Assembly: GCA_030264375.1 (NCBI GenBank)
Contig: JASCQW010000119.1
Coordinates: 48,075,237-48,139,236 of the forward strand
Length of the DNA stretch: 64,000 nucleotides
Reading direction: 5' to 3'
Origin: Carcharhinus longimanus
Lineage: Eukaryota
Below the pieces are notes generated by a model, which saw only the letters and a program-made list of their open reading frames with translations, was not told the DNA's origin and did not search any database. Within the stretch, counting starts at the first letter, position 1; every line of letters begins with the position of its first letter. A program made the translations under genes and the position numbers. Positions 1-13,407 of this stretch are shown here, one piece after another.

Positions 1-252
1 ATTTCCAACAACTAGTGCAAAGAGCCTACAAATTTCTTTTATTAATACTGACACCAATCAGCTGTCTCTGCCACTCCCCCCTACGTTTCTATAACTCACT
101 AACACCAAATTTTGTTGAAAGCTCACTCCTGCCCTAAGCCCTCAACTAATCTCTCTCCTATCTCTTCTCACACCTTCTCTGAGCTGATCTTGTGCATGAG
201 ACTAATCTCTTCTCTAGATTCTTCTCCCACTAAGCTACTGACTACCCAACTT
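1..252 (+). mobile_element. L2-clade LINE ORF2 fragment 1
   Basis: Degenerate ...SPISSHT.SELILCMR...PTKLLTTQL, which continues collinearly at about 1351. Confidence 0.6.
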
Positions 253-254
253 TT

Positions 255-1350
255 CTAAAAAGCAAAAAACTGTGGATGCTGGAATCTGAAACTGAATGAG
301 AAAATTGGAAGAATTCAGCAGGTCTGGCAGCATCTGTAAGGAGAGAAAACAGTTAATGCTTTGAGTCCCCATGATAATTCTTCAGAACTAAAGAGAGGGA
401 AAAATGTGATTATATACAAGAGGGGGTAGAACAGCTCGGACATTGATTACTGGTTTCTGTGACAGATTGTAACAAAACCTAAGAACAAGAGACAGATGAC
501 CTGCTGGGGAAGGGAGAGGATTTTCGCATAGTAAGAAAAAAATGCTTAGGATATGCGAAAAAGGGGAAGATAGAAAAAAGGACACAATCTAAAGTTGTTG
601 AACATGATGTCAAGTCTGAGGGCTATAACATTCATAATCGGAAGATAAGGGGCTCCGCTAGTTTGCGTTTGGTTTCATGAGAGCATTGCAGCAGCCAACG
701 ATGAATATGTGGGCATGCAAACACAATGCTGAGCTGAATGGCAAGCAAGAGGATGGTTGGGATCATGCTGGCAGGCATAGCAAAATTGTTCCGTAAAGTG
801 GTCACCCAGTCTGTGTTTAGTCTCTTCAATGTAGAGAAGACTGCTATGGAAGCAACAAATAAAATAGATCAAATTGAAGGTGGTGCAAGTGAAATGTTGC
901 TTTGCCTGAATGAGGTGCTTGGGACCTTGAACAATGAGGAGGGAGGACATAAAGGGGCAGGTGTTTGTTGCACCTTCTGTGATTGGAAGGGAAGGTGCTG
1001 TGGGAAGGGAATGAGGAGTTTGGTGTGATGGAGGAATGGATCAGGATGTAACAGAGGGACTATCCCTCTGCTTCCCTGCACCTTCCCTTGCAGAATGTTG
1101 GCCGGGAGGTGAAGGAAAAATGTATTTTATGGTGGTATCATGCTGGATTTGGCAGAGCATAGCCCTTTGAATGCAGAGGCTGGTGGGATGGAAAGTGAGG
1201 ACAAGCAGGACCCTATCATGGTTATGGGAAGGAGGGGAAGAGGTGAGGGCAGAGGTGCAGGAAAAGGGTCAAACTCTGAGTGTCCTGTAAACCACAAGGT
1301 GGGGGAAACCTTGAAAAGCACAGATATGTCAGAAGCACCATTTCTTTCTT
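255..1350 (-). mobile_element. Penelope-like element 3' part (GIY-YIG endonuclease plus pLTR with decayed hammerhead)
   Basis: Minus ORFs 675-950 and 632-829 give FTCTTFNLIYFICC...LYIEETKHRLGDHF and LQCSHETKRKL..LIFRL (Penelope GIY-YIG). Terminal repeat at 258-390 has CTGAAGA on the minus strand. Confidence 0.8.
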
Positions 1351-1579
1351 TCCAACATTCCTCCTTGTTTCCTTATTAGCAGATCTTGTTAACGTTTCTC
1401 TACCCTCAGGTACTACGCCCTCTCCTTCAATCATGGTGTCACCACCCTTGCTTAAAAAAAAAATTGACACCTCCATTCTGGCAAATTACTGCCTCATCTC
1501 CAACCTCCCTTTCCTATTTAAAGTTCTTGAACATGTTCTTACATCTCACATTTGTATTTGTCTTTCCTGGAATTCCGTG
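1351..1579 (+). mobile_element. L2-clade LINE ORF2 fragment 2
   Basis: LLADLVNVSL.SG...PLLKK..DTSILANYCLISNLPFLFKVLE, resembling the NYRPISNLPFLSKVLE motif. Confidence 0.8.
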
Positions 1580-2796
1580 TGTTAGGAAAGTGAGATTGCT
1601 TTTATTTACTTAAAAATACATTTAAGTAATTTATTTTTGTTTTTGTGCGCATTAAAAATAAGATATATCTTTAAGTTTAAGCTTAATTTGTACTTCTGTA
1701 TTTTGTGCCAAGAAAGTGTTAAAACCTCAGTTTTTGCTTTATGTAAAAAAAAAGTCTGTAGGGGTTGTAATGAGGTTTACAATGATAGAGCAAATATGGG
1801 ATTTTAAAAAAATAAAACTAGGCAGCTGCTTAACAACCAGAAGCCCACTCAGAAAAGCAGAAACTGTTCATACAGTTGCAAGTAGGTTACCTAGGAAATT
1901 TCCCAGAAAACTGCTAGAATAGGCAGGACAATGCAGAAGGACAGAGCACAAGGCCCAAATTAAAGAACAGAACATCCCAGAAACCAGGGAATTGGGCAGA
2001 AGAGTTCCATGAAGACTGTGAAGTCAAAGGGTCAAAGAATAGGACTCTGGAAAAAGGGTTCTGTTTAGTGAACTTAGAAATTAAAGCAAGATGCAGAAAA
2101 AGGGCTCTGAAGTAGAGACAGCTGCAGGAAGCAGATATAAAATTGGCTTGTGAGAAGCCAGATATCCGGTGATCAAAAGGTTGATGCCACCTTAATACAT
2201 CCTGTGAAGCTGTTGGCATGGCTGTTGGCATGAGAGATTATGTGGAAACATGACTGCAAGTGATGACCAGGGCATAGGAATACTGGACTGAAAGTTTGAA
2301 ACCCTGGAAATGGATCCTTGGTGAAGCTGAGAGGAGGTCTGAAGGTGTGTTTTTTGAGAGTGGAGTTTGGAAACCCTCATGTTAAAGTCAGAGTTCCAGT
2401 ATGACCAATTATTTCATAGTGTGACGAGCGTCTGGATGGAATTGTTGAAAAATCTGCTGGTGATTGAGTGGCATCAGTCACGTTATTTCAGAGTGTAAAG
2501 TGTCTGACCACATTTTACCTATTGGTTTACATGAACTGTGTACTTACTGAGAACATTAGAGTATAAAATAAATTGTTTAACTTGTTATTCTTACAAATTT
2601 GTCTATCTTGAAAAGTATAACTGGGTGAAAAGTAGTGTACTATGTCAAACTTTTCTTGTTTAAAGAATGTTTTATTTTATTCCAAGTTCCGTGGTAGTCC
2701 TGTGAATCTGTTCATCGATGTATCTAAACAAAAAGATAAAATTTAGGATCTATTGAGCCAGATTGTTCTGTAATAACATCACCTGGGATCGTAATA
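1580..2796. mobile_element. Solo LTR inserted in L2
   Basis: Ends TGTTAGGA...TCGTAATA (imperfect terminal inverted repeat). 4-bp TSD cgtg/catg. The L2 reading resumes exactly after it. Confidence 0.65.
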
Positions 2797-2878
2797 CATG
2801 TTTGAATCCCATCAATCAAATTCGGCCTCGCCACAGTATCAAAGCAGCTCTTATCCAAGTCACAAATGACTTCCACAT
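2797..2878 (+). mobile_element. L2-clade LINE ORF2 fragment 3
   Basis: FESHQS.FRPRHS.KAALIQVTND, resembling QSGFRPxHSTETALxKVTND. Confidence 0.7.
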
Positions 2879-3589
2879 TGTAATATAACAGCTAGTCATA
2901 CAGTAATACTGTCACTCGGTTGAGAGTTGTGAACAAAGGTTGCGTAACAACATGGCAAATTGAATAGCGTATTCGTGTGAGTTATTTCCAGTCCAAAACA
3001 TCACAAAGATGGCAAAATGCTGGGATTCAAACCCATACATGCAAAGCGAACAGTCTTAGATCAACTTCAAGAGTATGGCATCAAAACGAAACAAGATAAG
3101 TGTTACTTCATGGTGTCAAGTGTAATATACCTGGGTTAACAAATGGCTGTTGAAGATATCCATTCACCCTAGGACAAGGTTGAAGACATTTTGAAGGCAG
3201 AGACCAGAGAGCAATACACAACAATTCCAATGAATGTCCTAAGTTCCTCCCTGACTTAGCTAATATATTTCCCCCATTATATCAACTGTCCAAAGATTAA
3301 ATAACTTGGGAGTGATCTGTAGAGTGTCAGACGGCAATTGAAGAAGTGAATTAATTACTGAATAACAATGCTGTTTCAGCCCACAGTGATTCTAAGTAAC
3401 AACTGGTTTTAGCACATGATACCTCACCCCAAGGGTTTGTATCCACTTCATGTTTGTTAACAAAGCCACAGCAATATTACTGAAATTGGGAAAGAGGCAT
3501 TAGTCATCATATATGTTATAAAGTTACGCAAGTGCCTATGTGGTAGGAAATTCACTTTGTTAACTGACACCCTAGCCCTGACAATGAAC

Positions 3590-4420
3590 CTGCAGAATAA
3601 ATCTAAATCTTCTACCACCTGCAATCCAGATCTAAGGTTATCCTTGTAACTGAACTACAGTATGCAGACGATGCTTGCATCTGTGCACATTCGGAGACAG
3701 AGCTCCAAGCCATCGCCAACACCTTGTATGAAAGCATAGGCCTTACACTAAACATCCATAAGACAGAGATGCTCTACCAAACTGCCCCCAGTTATCAAAA
3801 TTCGCAGTAACCTTGCACAATGTGGACCATTTTCTATATTTTGTCTACCCTTTGACACTAGGCTCCCATCAATGACAAAGTTCAACACCACCTTCAGTGT
3901 GCCAACATAGCTTGGGTTGTCTGAGCAAGAATGGTTTGAAGGCAATCCCTCATAGCTGGTACCAAACTCGTGGTCTTCAGAGCAGTATTGATACCCACCC
4001 TATATGTCTCAGAGACATGGACTATGCAGCAGGCATCTCAAAGCCCCAAATATGTATCAATAGCTCTGCTTCTGCACAATCCTACAAATCCATTGGCAGG
4101 AGTATTGCACAATATCAGTGTTTTTGCCCAGCCCAACATCCCCAGCATTGAAGCATTGACCACACTTAATCAGCTCCGCTGGGTGGGCCACAACATCCCG
4201 AATGCCTCACACAAGATTCCCAAGAAAAGCATTCTACTCGGATCTTCAATACAGCTAGCAAGCGCCTGGAGGGTAGAGGAATTGCTTCAAAGACACTCTC
4301 AAAATCTTCTTGAAAAAGTGCGACATCTGCACTAATACCTGGGAATCCCTCGCGCAAGACTGCCCGAAGTGGAAGAAAAGTATCTGGGAAGAAAAGCACT
4401 TGGGAAGAAGCTGAACAGAG
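3590..4420 (+). mobile_element. RTE-clade LINE RT fragment
   Basis: ELQYADDACICAHSETELQ, TKLVVFRAVLIPTLYVSETWT and QLRWVGH motifs. Confidence 0.8.
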
Positions 4421-7400
4421 ATTCATCACCGTGGAAGCAAGTCATCCTTGGCTCAGAGGGACGAGCCAGAGAAGCCTAAGCAATTTGGTTCAAAGAAATC
4501 TCTAGTGGCAGCACAGCTCTAAGTTGTTTACTTTTATGACCCATCAGTATGATATTCAATATCATAAGTCAGCAGATCATGCTATGTGGATNNNNNNNNN
4601 NNNNNNNNNNNNNNNNNNNNNNNNNNNNNNNNNNNNNNNNNNNNNNNNNNNNNNNNNNNNNNNNNNNNNNNNNNNNNNNNNNNNNNNNNNNNNNNNNNNN
4701 NNNNNNNNNNNNNNNNNNNNNNNNNNNNNNNNNNNNNNNNNNNNNNNNNNNNNNNNNNNNNNNNNNNNNNNNNNNNNNNNNNNNNNNNNNNNNNNNNNNN
4801 NNNNNNNNNNNNNNNTCCACCAAAAGTTTGGAGAGGGATTGTTAGAGGAACTACATCAAGACCACACAAATAGTCTATATGAAAACAGTAGCAAAAAGCC
4901 ATAGGATATCAGAGATATTGAAGAATTTGTGAAAAGTTGTGCATTATTTTCTCTACATTCAATGGTCAAATACAAGAAAATCATGGGAACAAGTACCTAT
5001 CAATTTTGTGGAAGTGGAAGAGAAAGAGTACCTTGTTTTGGTCAATAATCATAACAGCTGGATAAAGTTTGAATTTATACAAATGCCAAAACTGAGGTTT
5101 TGAGAAGCTGTTTGCAATTTATGGGTAACATAGAAATGTTAATGTCAGACAATGGCCCAAGAGTTTACCTCAGAGGAGTTTGAAATATTTTGGAGTAAAA
5201 ATCGAGTCAATCACACTCTCATAACACCATTTCACCTTGCGTCCAATGCTGCTGCAAAAAGAAGTGTACAAATTGTGAAGAGATCTTTGCAATATATTTG
5301 CTATGTGCTAAGTTAGGCAGTGATTTCCATATTACCCTTTGACAGAAGTTCGATAATTTTATGTTTTCTTGTAGAATAACCCCACAGATTACAACTGGTT
5401 GCTCACCTTACAAGTTATTGGTCAAACAAGCTCCAATGACAAAAGTTTAGTTTGTTTAAGCCTGATGTCAATGGCAAATTAAGCAAAAGGCTAGACAAAG
5501 TGAAACTGAAACTTAGATGGTTCAATGTTATTAGGTCATTGTGAAAAACAGATGCATTGGTAAAGAGAAGTATGGGATTGGATTTGCTGTAAGGAGACTA
5601 GGTGCATTCATGTATCTAGTAAAGATTGGAGGAAGACCCCATTGATGTCATGTAGATAATTTGTTTAAAAGAGAAATTTAGACAAAAGGAGAGCATAACC
5701 CTCCTCTTTGTCCAAATTTCTCCTGCAGCCCAAAGTAAAAGTCAGAAAGAAAGTGGGAGTCACAAAGAAAATTAAAGTTTGCCAATATCTCAGAATGCAC
5801 CAGTCCAGCAAAGCAACCAACGTAGGTCTGTCCTAAGTTTTTTAGATTTTGTAGGCCTCTTGCACAAACTCAAACTTTGACTGTAGTAAGCTTTACTTCC
5901 TAGTAAGAGGTTCTAAACAGCCAGCTGTTTAGTACCTCCGAGTTATTCATAATGTTTTCAATCACACAAGTGCTTTGTTGAAAGAGATGAAGATGTTACT
6001 AAAGCTTCCCATACTGGAACATTTTGTAGGAAATGTTCTTTCACCCAATCCAGATTTATGGCAACTTTCTTTAAGGACACAAAGCACATCTCCAATCCCC
6101 CCGTCCTCTCACCAACTTAAGGTACTAAGCGCAAATTTTTCATCATATTAAACTAAAGCGGAGTTCTGTCTGAGTCATCTTTGCTTCTTGTCAACTCAGT
6201 TCATATAATCAGAACTCATATTCCCTTTTGAGTTTTTTCATCTCTCGCCTATCTATCTCTTTCCACTCAGTCAACCTTGGTTCTAGTTCTTTTTCAATTC
6301 TCTCCAGTTGCCAATGGAACGGTTCCTTTCTTCCTCAAGTTCCGGATGCCTACAATTAATTCTTAGCTTCTGATTTTACATTAATTCCCACACGCTGAGC
6401 TAGAGTTTATGAATCATCTTGTCATAATTGTTCTAAGTTTCTGAGAATCTGATCCTCTCCTTGTTACTCATGTTGTTTTCCCAAAGCAATAGAGCAAAAG
6501 CAAACATAAAATGACATTTATTTAAATGCAGGAAGTTCCAGTGAACCTGTTTCAGTCTCTGGGTTCATATCCCAGATTCAGGCTATCATGGGGAAAACCA
6601 TAAACCAAAATGACCAAATTTACTGAATGACCCCCATATGCAGAAATTACCAACAAGATTCCACTTTTTGTACTTTTTACTTGAGCACAAATCAGAACCA
6701 ATGCAAATTAAATGAATTAATAGGCAAATGATATTTCAATTAAAAAGGTAACTTTCACTTTTATTAGTTCATACAACAAAGATACATCTAATACCATTGC
6801 AAGCACCCTATCTCTCTCTGCACAACTGTAACACTACACAATTGCACAGTATTCATGCAGGGTGGGCTAGAAGTCCTATCCAACGACAGCTTTCACCTTT
6901 GAGTTTCACATCAGCAAGGCACATTTCCATAAACCTTCTCTCCCTCAGGCTGTAATGGTGTAACTTTCTAGAGTTCCTTTTCAACTGAGCAACCAGTAAT
7001 ACTGTTGTTCACAGTTCAGCCGTTCTGGGAAAATAGCCAGCTGTTTAGTACCTTTGAGCTATTCATAATGCTTTCAAGTTTTAGAGCTTTAAAAAATCAC
7101 TCTCGCAATACCTCCAGGAGCTCCTGTATCTTTTTCTGCCAAATAGAAAAACTAAACTCTTCCTGAGAGAGATTTGCTTCTTCTCCTTACAAGAATTCTG
7201 TGTTCCTCTTCCTGTTTTTGCTTTCTCTTTGCGTAAAAATTTACGACTCTCAGAAATTCACTGCCATTTAATGCTCAATTGAGAATTGTTTGGCAGTGTA
7301 CAGGACTTCCATCATCCTTGCAAGGAAGTCCCAGCTTTGGCCAGAAGCGGTACTGCTGAACTCTGGCTGGAACTAAATCCCAGGACTGTTCCCAAGGTTA

Positions 7401-8099
7401 AGTTCTGAGGGGAATAGTTGGGAATGCCCTGGGGCGATTGTAGCACTGAGGGTGGGAGGGGGAGGGGGGAGAGGGAGGGAAGAGCTGGATATTCTATATT
7501 CTGGGGGAGAGGGCACCCCAAATCTGAAAGGGCCTCTCGATTGAGGCAGCCTCTCCTTTTCTGGTCCATGATTGAGAAAAGCTGAAAAACTGATTGCCTG
7601 CCTGCTCATTTTGCCATGCAACCTAAAGATTGCACAGGCCATGCAATTGTCTAGGCAATGGGGCTGATAATCCCTTCAATTGGCTCCATAATTGTTGGTG
7701 GACACGATGCCTATTTGTGTCTGTGCCTGCCAACCAAAATATCATATGGGATGCCTGATATCATCACATGCTATTTTACACTCTTCTGGAGTGGACATGC
7801 ACCCACCCTGCATATATAAAACTCTGCATTTTGTGTGTGATCTTTAGCACCGAATCCCTTCAGCTTCCAGCTCCTCCTTTGTGTATGCAGTTGTCCTTTA
7901 TGAATGCTTTCATATGTTAACTTCCTGTTAACTAACTGATTCCAAGTGGGACCAGTATATCCGATTATCTAAGAAAATTACAATTGATCCCTTTACACTT
8001 AATGCAAACTCTAAAAAGTACTTTTGAAACATTCATCAAAATTTAAGATTCCACAGAAATTTCCCTTATTGTACTGCTTCTGGGTGATCAAACATACAT

Positions 8100-8530
8100 A
8101 TAAATAAAAACAAGTAGTGCTGAAATACTTAGCAGGTCAGGCAGCATCGGGGAAGAAAAACACAGCTAACATTTCAGGTTGATTACTTTTCATCAGATTT
8201 GAAATTAGAAAGAAATGTAAGAGATTTTATGCTAGTAGAAGGAGACAGGGACAGGAGGAACAAAAGTAATTGTGATAGGATGGAGGGGTAGGTAATGTTA
8301 TAGTAAAGAAACAAAGGTTGTGACCAGATTAGGCACGAATGGCAATACATCAGCCAATGGAACACAACATGAAGCAAAAAAAACACATAGGACAAGATGG
8401 GGGCAGAGGTTATGATCTAAAGTTGTTGAACTCAATATTGAACCCAAAGGCTGTAATGTGCTCAGACTAAAGAGGAGGTGCTGCTCCTCAATCTTGTGTA
8501 GAGTTTTACTGGAACACTGCATGCCATTGT
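8100..8530 (-). mobile_element. Penelope-like element 3' end with hammerhead-like core
   Basis: MQCSSKTLHKIEEQHLLFSLSTLQPLG is the same C-terminus as the element at 255-1350. CTGATGA (8196-8190) and GAAA (8175-8172) on the minus strand. Confidence 0.7.
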
Positions 8531-8908
8531 ACATTTTGATAAGTAACCTTGATAAAAGTTGGGGGGGGTGGGAAACATGGGGGTTAGTTCAATTAACCTG
8601 ACAGTTAGCTTGTGGAGCAGATTAATTCCAATAGCATGGTGTTTGACCCCTGTTCCAGCTGAGGTGGTCTGGGAACCTACCTCCTTGACCTACCAGTATT
8701 AAATCACACTACTTTGCTGTGGTTTAGTGAATAATTACCAAGGAACTGCCTTTGGCCAGCGAACCCAAGTAGAAGCTTAATGAGATTTTAAAAATTCTTG
8801 TGGCTATCAGTAGTTTTTTTTAAACTTGGGGCAGAGTGTAGTTTGTTGTAAGAGCTGATCATATTGTGTATCATTGTGTAAGTTATTTCTAGTCCATTAC
8901 ACCATACA

Positions 8909-9239
8909 AGTTTCTATGACAATACTAAACTTGCCCCATTGTGATTCTTGACCTTTCTTCAATCTTTGACATGATTTATAACAACATCCTCTTCCAACTC
9001 TTCTCCACCATCACTCGGCTGGGTGAATCTGCTCTCAAGTGGGGTTTTTTCTATCTATCTGATCAAAGCCATGGAATTGCTTGCAATGGCTTCTCTGCTC
9101 ACCCCCACACATATACCTCTGGAGTCCCCAAGGATTCTGCCCCTCCTATTTCTCATCAACATGCTGAGCTTGATTACGTCATCTGGAAACAAATTGTCAG
9201 TTTCTACATGTATGCTAACAATACCTAACTCTACCTCAC
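8909..9239 (+). mobile_element. L2-clade LINE ORF2 fragment 4 (RT core)
   Basis: ILDLSSIFD...YLSDQSH....SGVP.....FYMYANNT.LY, resembling LLDLSAAFD...GVPQGS...YADDTQLY. Confidence 0.8.
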
Positions 9240-10160
9240 TGTCAAGGATTTGCCTAGCAGCAAAAGTAACTAGAATTTTAAAAGGCCTGAAAGATAGAAA
9301 TCTGCCTGGCAACAGTAACTGCCAGCACTTCCAGGGGCAGGAAGCCTCTAAAAGGCATGAGAGCATCTAAGGATGAAGGGGTGTGAATTGCTTTAGGAGT
9401 AGAAACAGACTACTTAGATGACTGCTATAGAAATGTTAAGCTTCCCAAGCAGAAATAACTTAAATGATTGAGTGAGTTCAAGGCAATAGAAATGCTAAAC
9501 TCCATAAAAGGAAAGAATTCCAGATAAGTAGACAGCCGACTCTTGAATTTGAAATAACAAAAGGAAAAACACTATAACTGTTACCCCCACCCGCACTCTC
9601 CCCCTCAGAAGCAGACAAGACAGCCCAAACCCCATAGCCAAAGGCCAGTCCAAAACTCAGAGCCAGGAGGTTTGGATCCATTTCACAGCCAAGGGGTCCC
9701 GTAACATTGTTTACTTCTTAGATTCTATAGTTTGCATCTAAGTCTGCAGGAAAGCTTCGTAAAAGCAGTTTGAATATTTTTGCTGGACCAGGAAAAGATG
9801 TTTTCCCAGAATTGATCATTAATCCTGTATTGTGTGGTAACTATGAGCTAGTTTGAGTTAGAACTATTTAATTTGGATGTTGTTTGAGAAAAGGGAGTCT
9901 TAGGGAGTTCAGGAATCATCAATATATTTTAGAACAAGGTGTTATTTCTATATAAACTATGTGTTTGTGTGTGTGGGGGTGTGTGGTTATTTATGTACTT
10001 AAGTGTCTTAAAAGTATTGTAGTCCTTTTATGTTTTTTTTGTTAATAAAAATTCTTTAATAATATTTATATAATGATTGGTGGTGGTGTGCTGCCTTTTA
10101 CCTCTGTGGACAATGTGTGTAATTCCAAGTTAGGATGGTGTATGCTTAGAGGAGAACTTG
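9240..10160. mobile_element. Probable LTR fragment
   Basis: Begins TGTCAAGG abruptly at the end of the L2; non-coding, with AATAAA near the end. The right boundary is uncertain. Confidence 0.35.
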
Positions 10161-10189
10161 CAGGTAATGCCTCTTGGGTAGATGTATTC

Positions 10190-10920
10190 TTCCTTGGGTA
10201 CAAAGAATAAAACCATACACAGTACTCTAGGTATGGTCTCACTAAAGTAGAATGACAGCAAGACTTCTTCATTCCTCTACTCCTACCCTCGCATGTAAAA
10301 GACCAACATACCATATGCCTTCCTAATTGCTTGCTGCACTTGTATGTCAACTTTTTATGCTTCTTGTACAAGGACACACAAATTCCTTAGAGAAGAAGAA
10401 CACCAACTTTTAATAGTTCCTCACTTTTAATAAATAGTTTTCCTATTCCTCCTACTAAAGTGAATAAATCCCCTCATTATTTTCCATCTGGCATCTTCTT
10501 ATCAGTCAAAGAAGCCATCTATATTTCTTTGAAGACTTTTTGTATCCTCCTCACAGCTTACTTTCCCAATTAGCTTTGTATGGTCAGCAAATTTAGATAT
10601 ATTACACTTGGTCCCTTTATCTAGGGCATTAATATAGACTGTAAATAGCTTAAGTCTCAGCACTGATCCTTGCAACAGAATGTCATCCTAAAAGTGGCAC
10701 ATTTATTCCTTTTCTCTTGCTTACTATCCTTTCTCTAATCCTATATTTTATATCCATGCTAACATATTGGGCAGAATTTTCCCGTCCGGCTGTCACGGGA
10801 TTTATAGCGAGTCGGGACGGACCAAGAAAAGGTTTGTTAACTTCAGGCAGCAATTTCTGACAATCCTGGCCATTACCTTGAATCCCATGCATCCTTGTTT
10901 TGTGTGACAACTTATTGTGT
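10190..10920 (-). mobile_element. CR1 LINE RT fragment
   Basis: LVRPYLEYCVWF and KFADHTKLIG motifs on the minus strand. Confidence 0.75.
10769..10871. mobile_element. Tiny MITE inside CR1
   Basis: Ends GGGCAGAATTTTC...GACAATCCTGGCC, flanked by an ATT/ATT 3-bp duplication (Harbinger-like). Confidence 0.5.
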
Positions 10921-11628
10921 GTTATGGTAAGCCATATACATTAAGATCAGAAGGTGAAATAGAATAGTCCAATTTGTACTTGTATCTCTTACTTGCTACT
11001 TTGTCCTGTTTGAAATTTGTGAGCTTTGAAGTTTAACAAAGACTTTTTTCTCACCGATAACTCATTGGTAAATACTAAAGCAGAGCATAATGAATTGTTA
11101 GATTTGGCAATTTCAATTTTATGCAAATTAATGCAAACATTAATTTAAACATTTGAATAACAGTGACACTGTCAGCACTCTATTCTTATGAACTAAAGTG
11201 AACATCAGCTTTCTACACATACGTTGTTAAATGTGACAGTCTGATTTTCCCTGCAGCTTCATAAGCTGTGTTACGTTAATACCTCATTGATGGCCATGGC
11301 GTTAAGACACTTGAAGGGCATAAAATTGCAGTACCTAACCACTAAATACATCAGAAGAAGGTTAAAGCTGGTGCATTCAGATGTATATGAATTTTAATGG
11401 CTTGTTAAGTCTTAATTACTGCCAAACAACATCTATGGTTCTGAATCTTTAATTTTACAACTTTGGAGTCTCATTCCTTCAGAATTTAATTATTGGAAAT
11501 TTTATTTTTTTACTGCTTTCTGTCCTTCATTTCTCTCACTTTTAATTCTATCCTTTTTGTTCTTTATTTTGCTTTATCAACATGGTTAAATAAATAATCT
11601 AAGTTATATTTCCTGATTTAGACTCCAC

Positions 11629-12349
11629 AGGCCGGATTTTGAGATTCCAAAAATGGCACAACAGGGCAGGCTGGCATAAAATGACAGTCATATAATGCGG
11701 GCAGAGGTCTCTCTTTCATTTCCCCCATGTTGCTGGTGTGGAGCAGGAAACCCTCTTACTCGTGTCAAAAGGCCCAAGGCCGGATCTTGCAGGACTTTCA
11801 CTGGAGTGAACAGGCTTTGGTGGCCAATTGTAACCCTGCTGACTGAGAAGAGATGAGAATGGCCACATAGTTGGGACAGAAGATCAGAAACTTAGGTTAG
11901 AGGATTTTTAAACCACGAATAATGACATTGGAGGCAAGTTAACATTCAGGGAGGTCAGTAACAAAGGGGATAGAGGAAGGGGGATGACTCCATAGAAGGG
12001 CCAAATCTTAGAAAGGCATTGATTTTGATGGGTCCTTCTTCACAGCCTGGGAGACTCATAGCTGCATTTTAACTGTCAGCAACTGAGGCTCAGACTGATT
12101 GTCTGCACTTGGAAGGAACCATTGGACCTACTGAAAATGTAGTGGCCAATGTGGGCCCACTCCGTGACTTCCAACCTTGGTTCCTGCCTTGGATCTGCTG
12201 ATTAAGATGATAGACCCACTGCTGCCTGCATAAAGTGGGGCCTTCCACTGGGAAAATAATATTTTCCAGCAGCCTAGAAACAGGGTTGGAATCATGACAC
12301 AGATCATTTCTACCTCCTGATTCTCACTTCCAATGGCAAAATCCAGCCC
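11629..12349. mobile_element. Non-autonomous DNA transposon (Harbinger-like MITE)
   Basis: Terminal inverted repeats aggccggattttg / caaaatccagccc. Confidence 0.5.
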
Positions 12350-13290
12350 TGCATCTAATCAGTCTGATTAGCTGAAAAGATACTGCTTACATAGACTCCA
12401 GATACCTTGTAGAGGTCACTAAACTGAAAATAATCTCGAAATACCATGGGTTACTGCTCGAAAGCCCACAAGTAGCATGTGCACAGCTATAAGTTTAATG
12501 AGTAACTGGTGCTTTTCCTTTAATCATTGACAGTAAAATGGGAGCCTATATCTTAGAACTTCTTCCCCCTAACTTTATATTACAAGGCTCCACCTTATGT
12601 TCTTGTCTGACCTATAAAGTCAGCAAATTTTAATACCCTTATTCTACTACGACAATTTGTTGCTTAAAATTGTAGTTGCATTCTGACAAATGTAACTTTA
12701 AGTGAGACAAGTGAATTAGATTTTCCCATTACAATCAATGAAAAAAACCATAGTTACATTCATTAGGACCTTCCTCATCAGAAAAAAAACACAAAAACAT
12801 TAAACCCTGTAAATTGAAATACTGTACATTCCTAAATTCTTACATTCATAAATGAAATATATATTTTCATTTATTATATATTAAAGCAAAAAAAAGCAAT
12901 ACAACGTGGCAAAATGTGAAGTAGTACACATAAGAGTGAAAAACAAAAGAACAGTATTATTTAAATGGTCATTGGATAACCCGACGAGGTCCATGGGGAA
13001 TAATGGATTGGATTCCCCAAGGCGCTCATTGGGTCAGAGTTCCCCTGGTAACAGGCAGTGGCCTGCCCAGCTGGAACTCATGACTTAAGCCTTTTATAAG
13101 ACAGGCCCAGGACTGGGCCTGCTGAACTGTAGTTCCAGGAAGGGAATAGTATGTATACACCACAGTAGTGGTTTTATTAAACATTCTGTAAATAAAATAT
13201 GTTCCTTCCAGTCGGATTACCTGAATCATTATCTTGACGATGAGGAACAAGGAAAGTTATGGACAGCCTTGCCTTTGAAGGCCTTTGAAG

Positions 13291-13407
13291 TGGGAAAGTG
13301 GAGCTGATCCACTTCAGATCAGCCATGATCTTGTTGAATGGTGGGGCAGGCTCGAAGGGCTAGGTGGCCTACTCCTGCTCCTATTTCTTGTGTTCTTATG
13401 TTCTTAT
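13291..13407 (+). mobile_element. CR1 3' tail
   Basis: cagccatgatcttgttgaatgg...ggcctactcctgctcctatt with a (tgttctta)n tail. Confidence 0.75.

Larger units (their letters stand above)
2879..8908 (+). mobile_element. Decayed Gypsy LTR retrotransposon with nested inserts
   Basis: RT remnant (~3060-3180), RNase H (LVLAHD...GRKFTLLTD, ~3400-3570), integrase (DNGP..TSEEF..F...N...H.LITPFH.ASN, ~5140-5400). The two ends share an LTR-end motif: gtgagttatttccagtcc (~2977) and gtaagttatttctagtcc (~8878). Confidence 0.6.

Noticed and set aside
4524-4904. ORFs running through N gaps (also near 16030, 30780, 32120, 37024, 50002, 63807)
   Set aside because: Artefacts of translating Ns. The 100-N gaps are placeholders, and those inside young CR1s probably hide more sequence.
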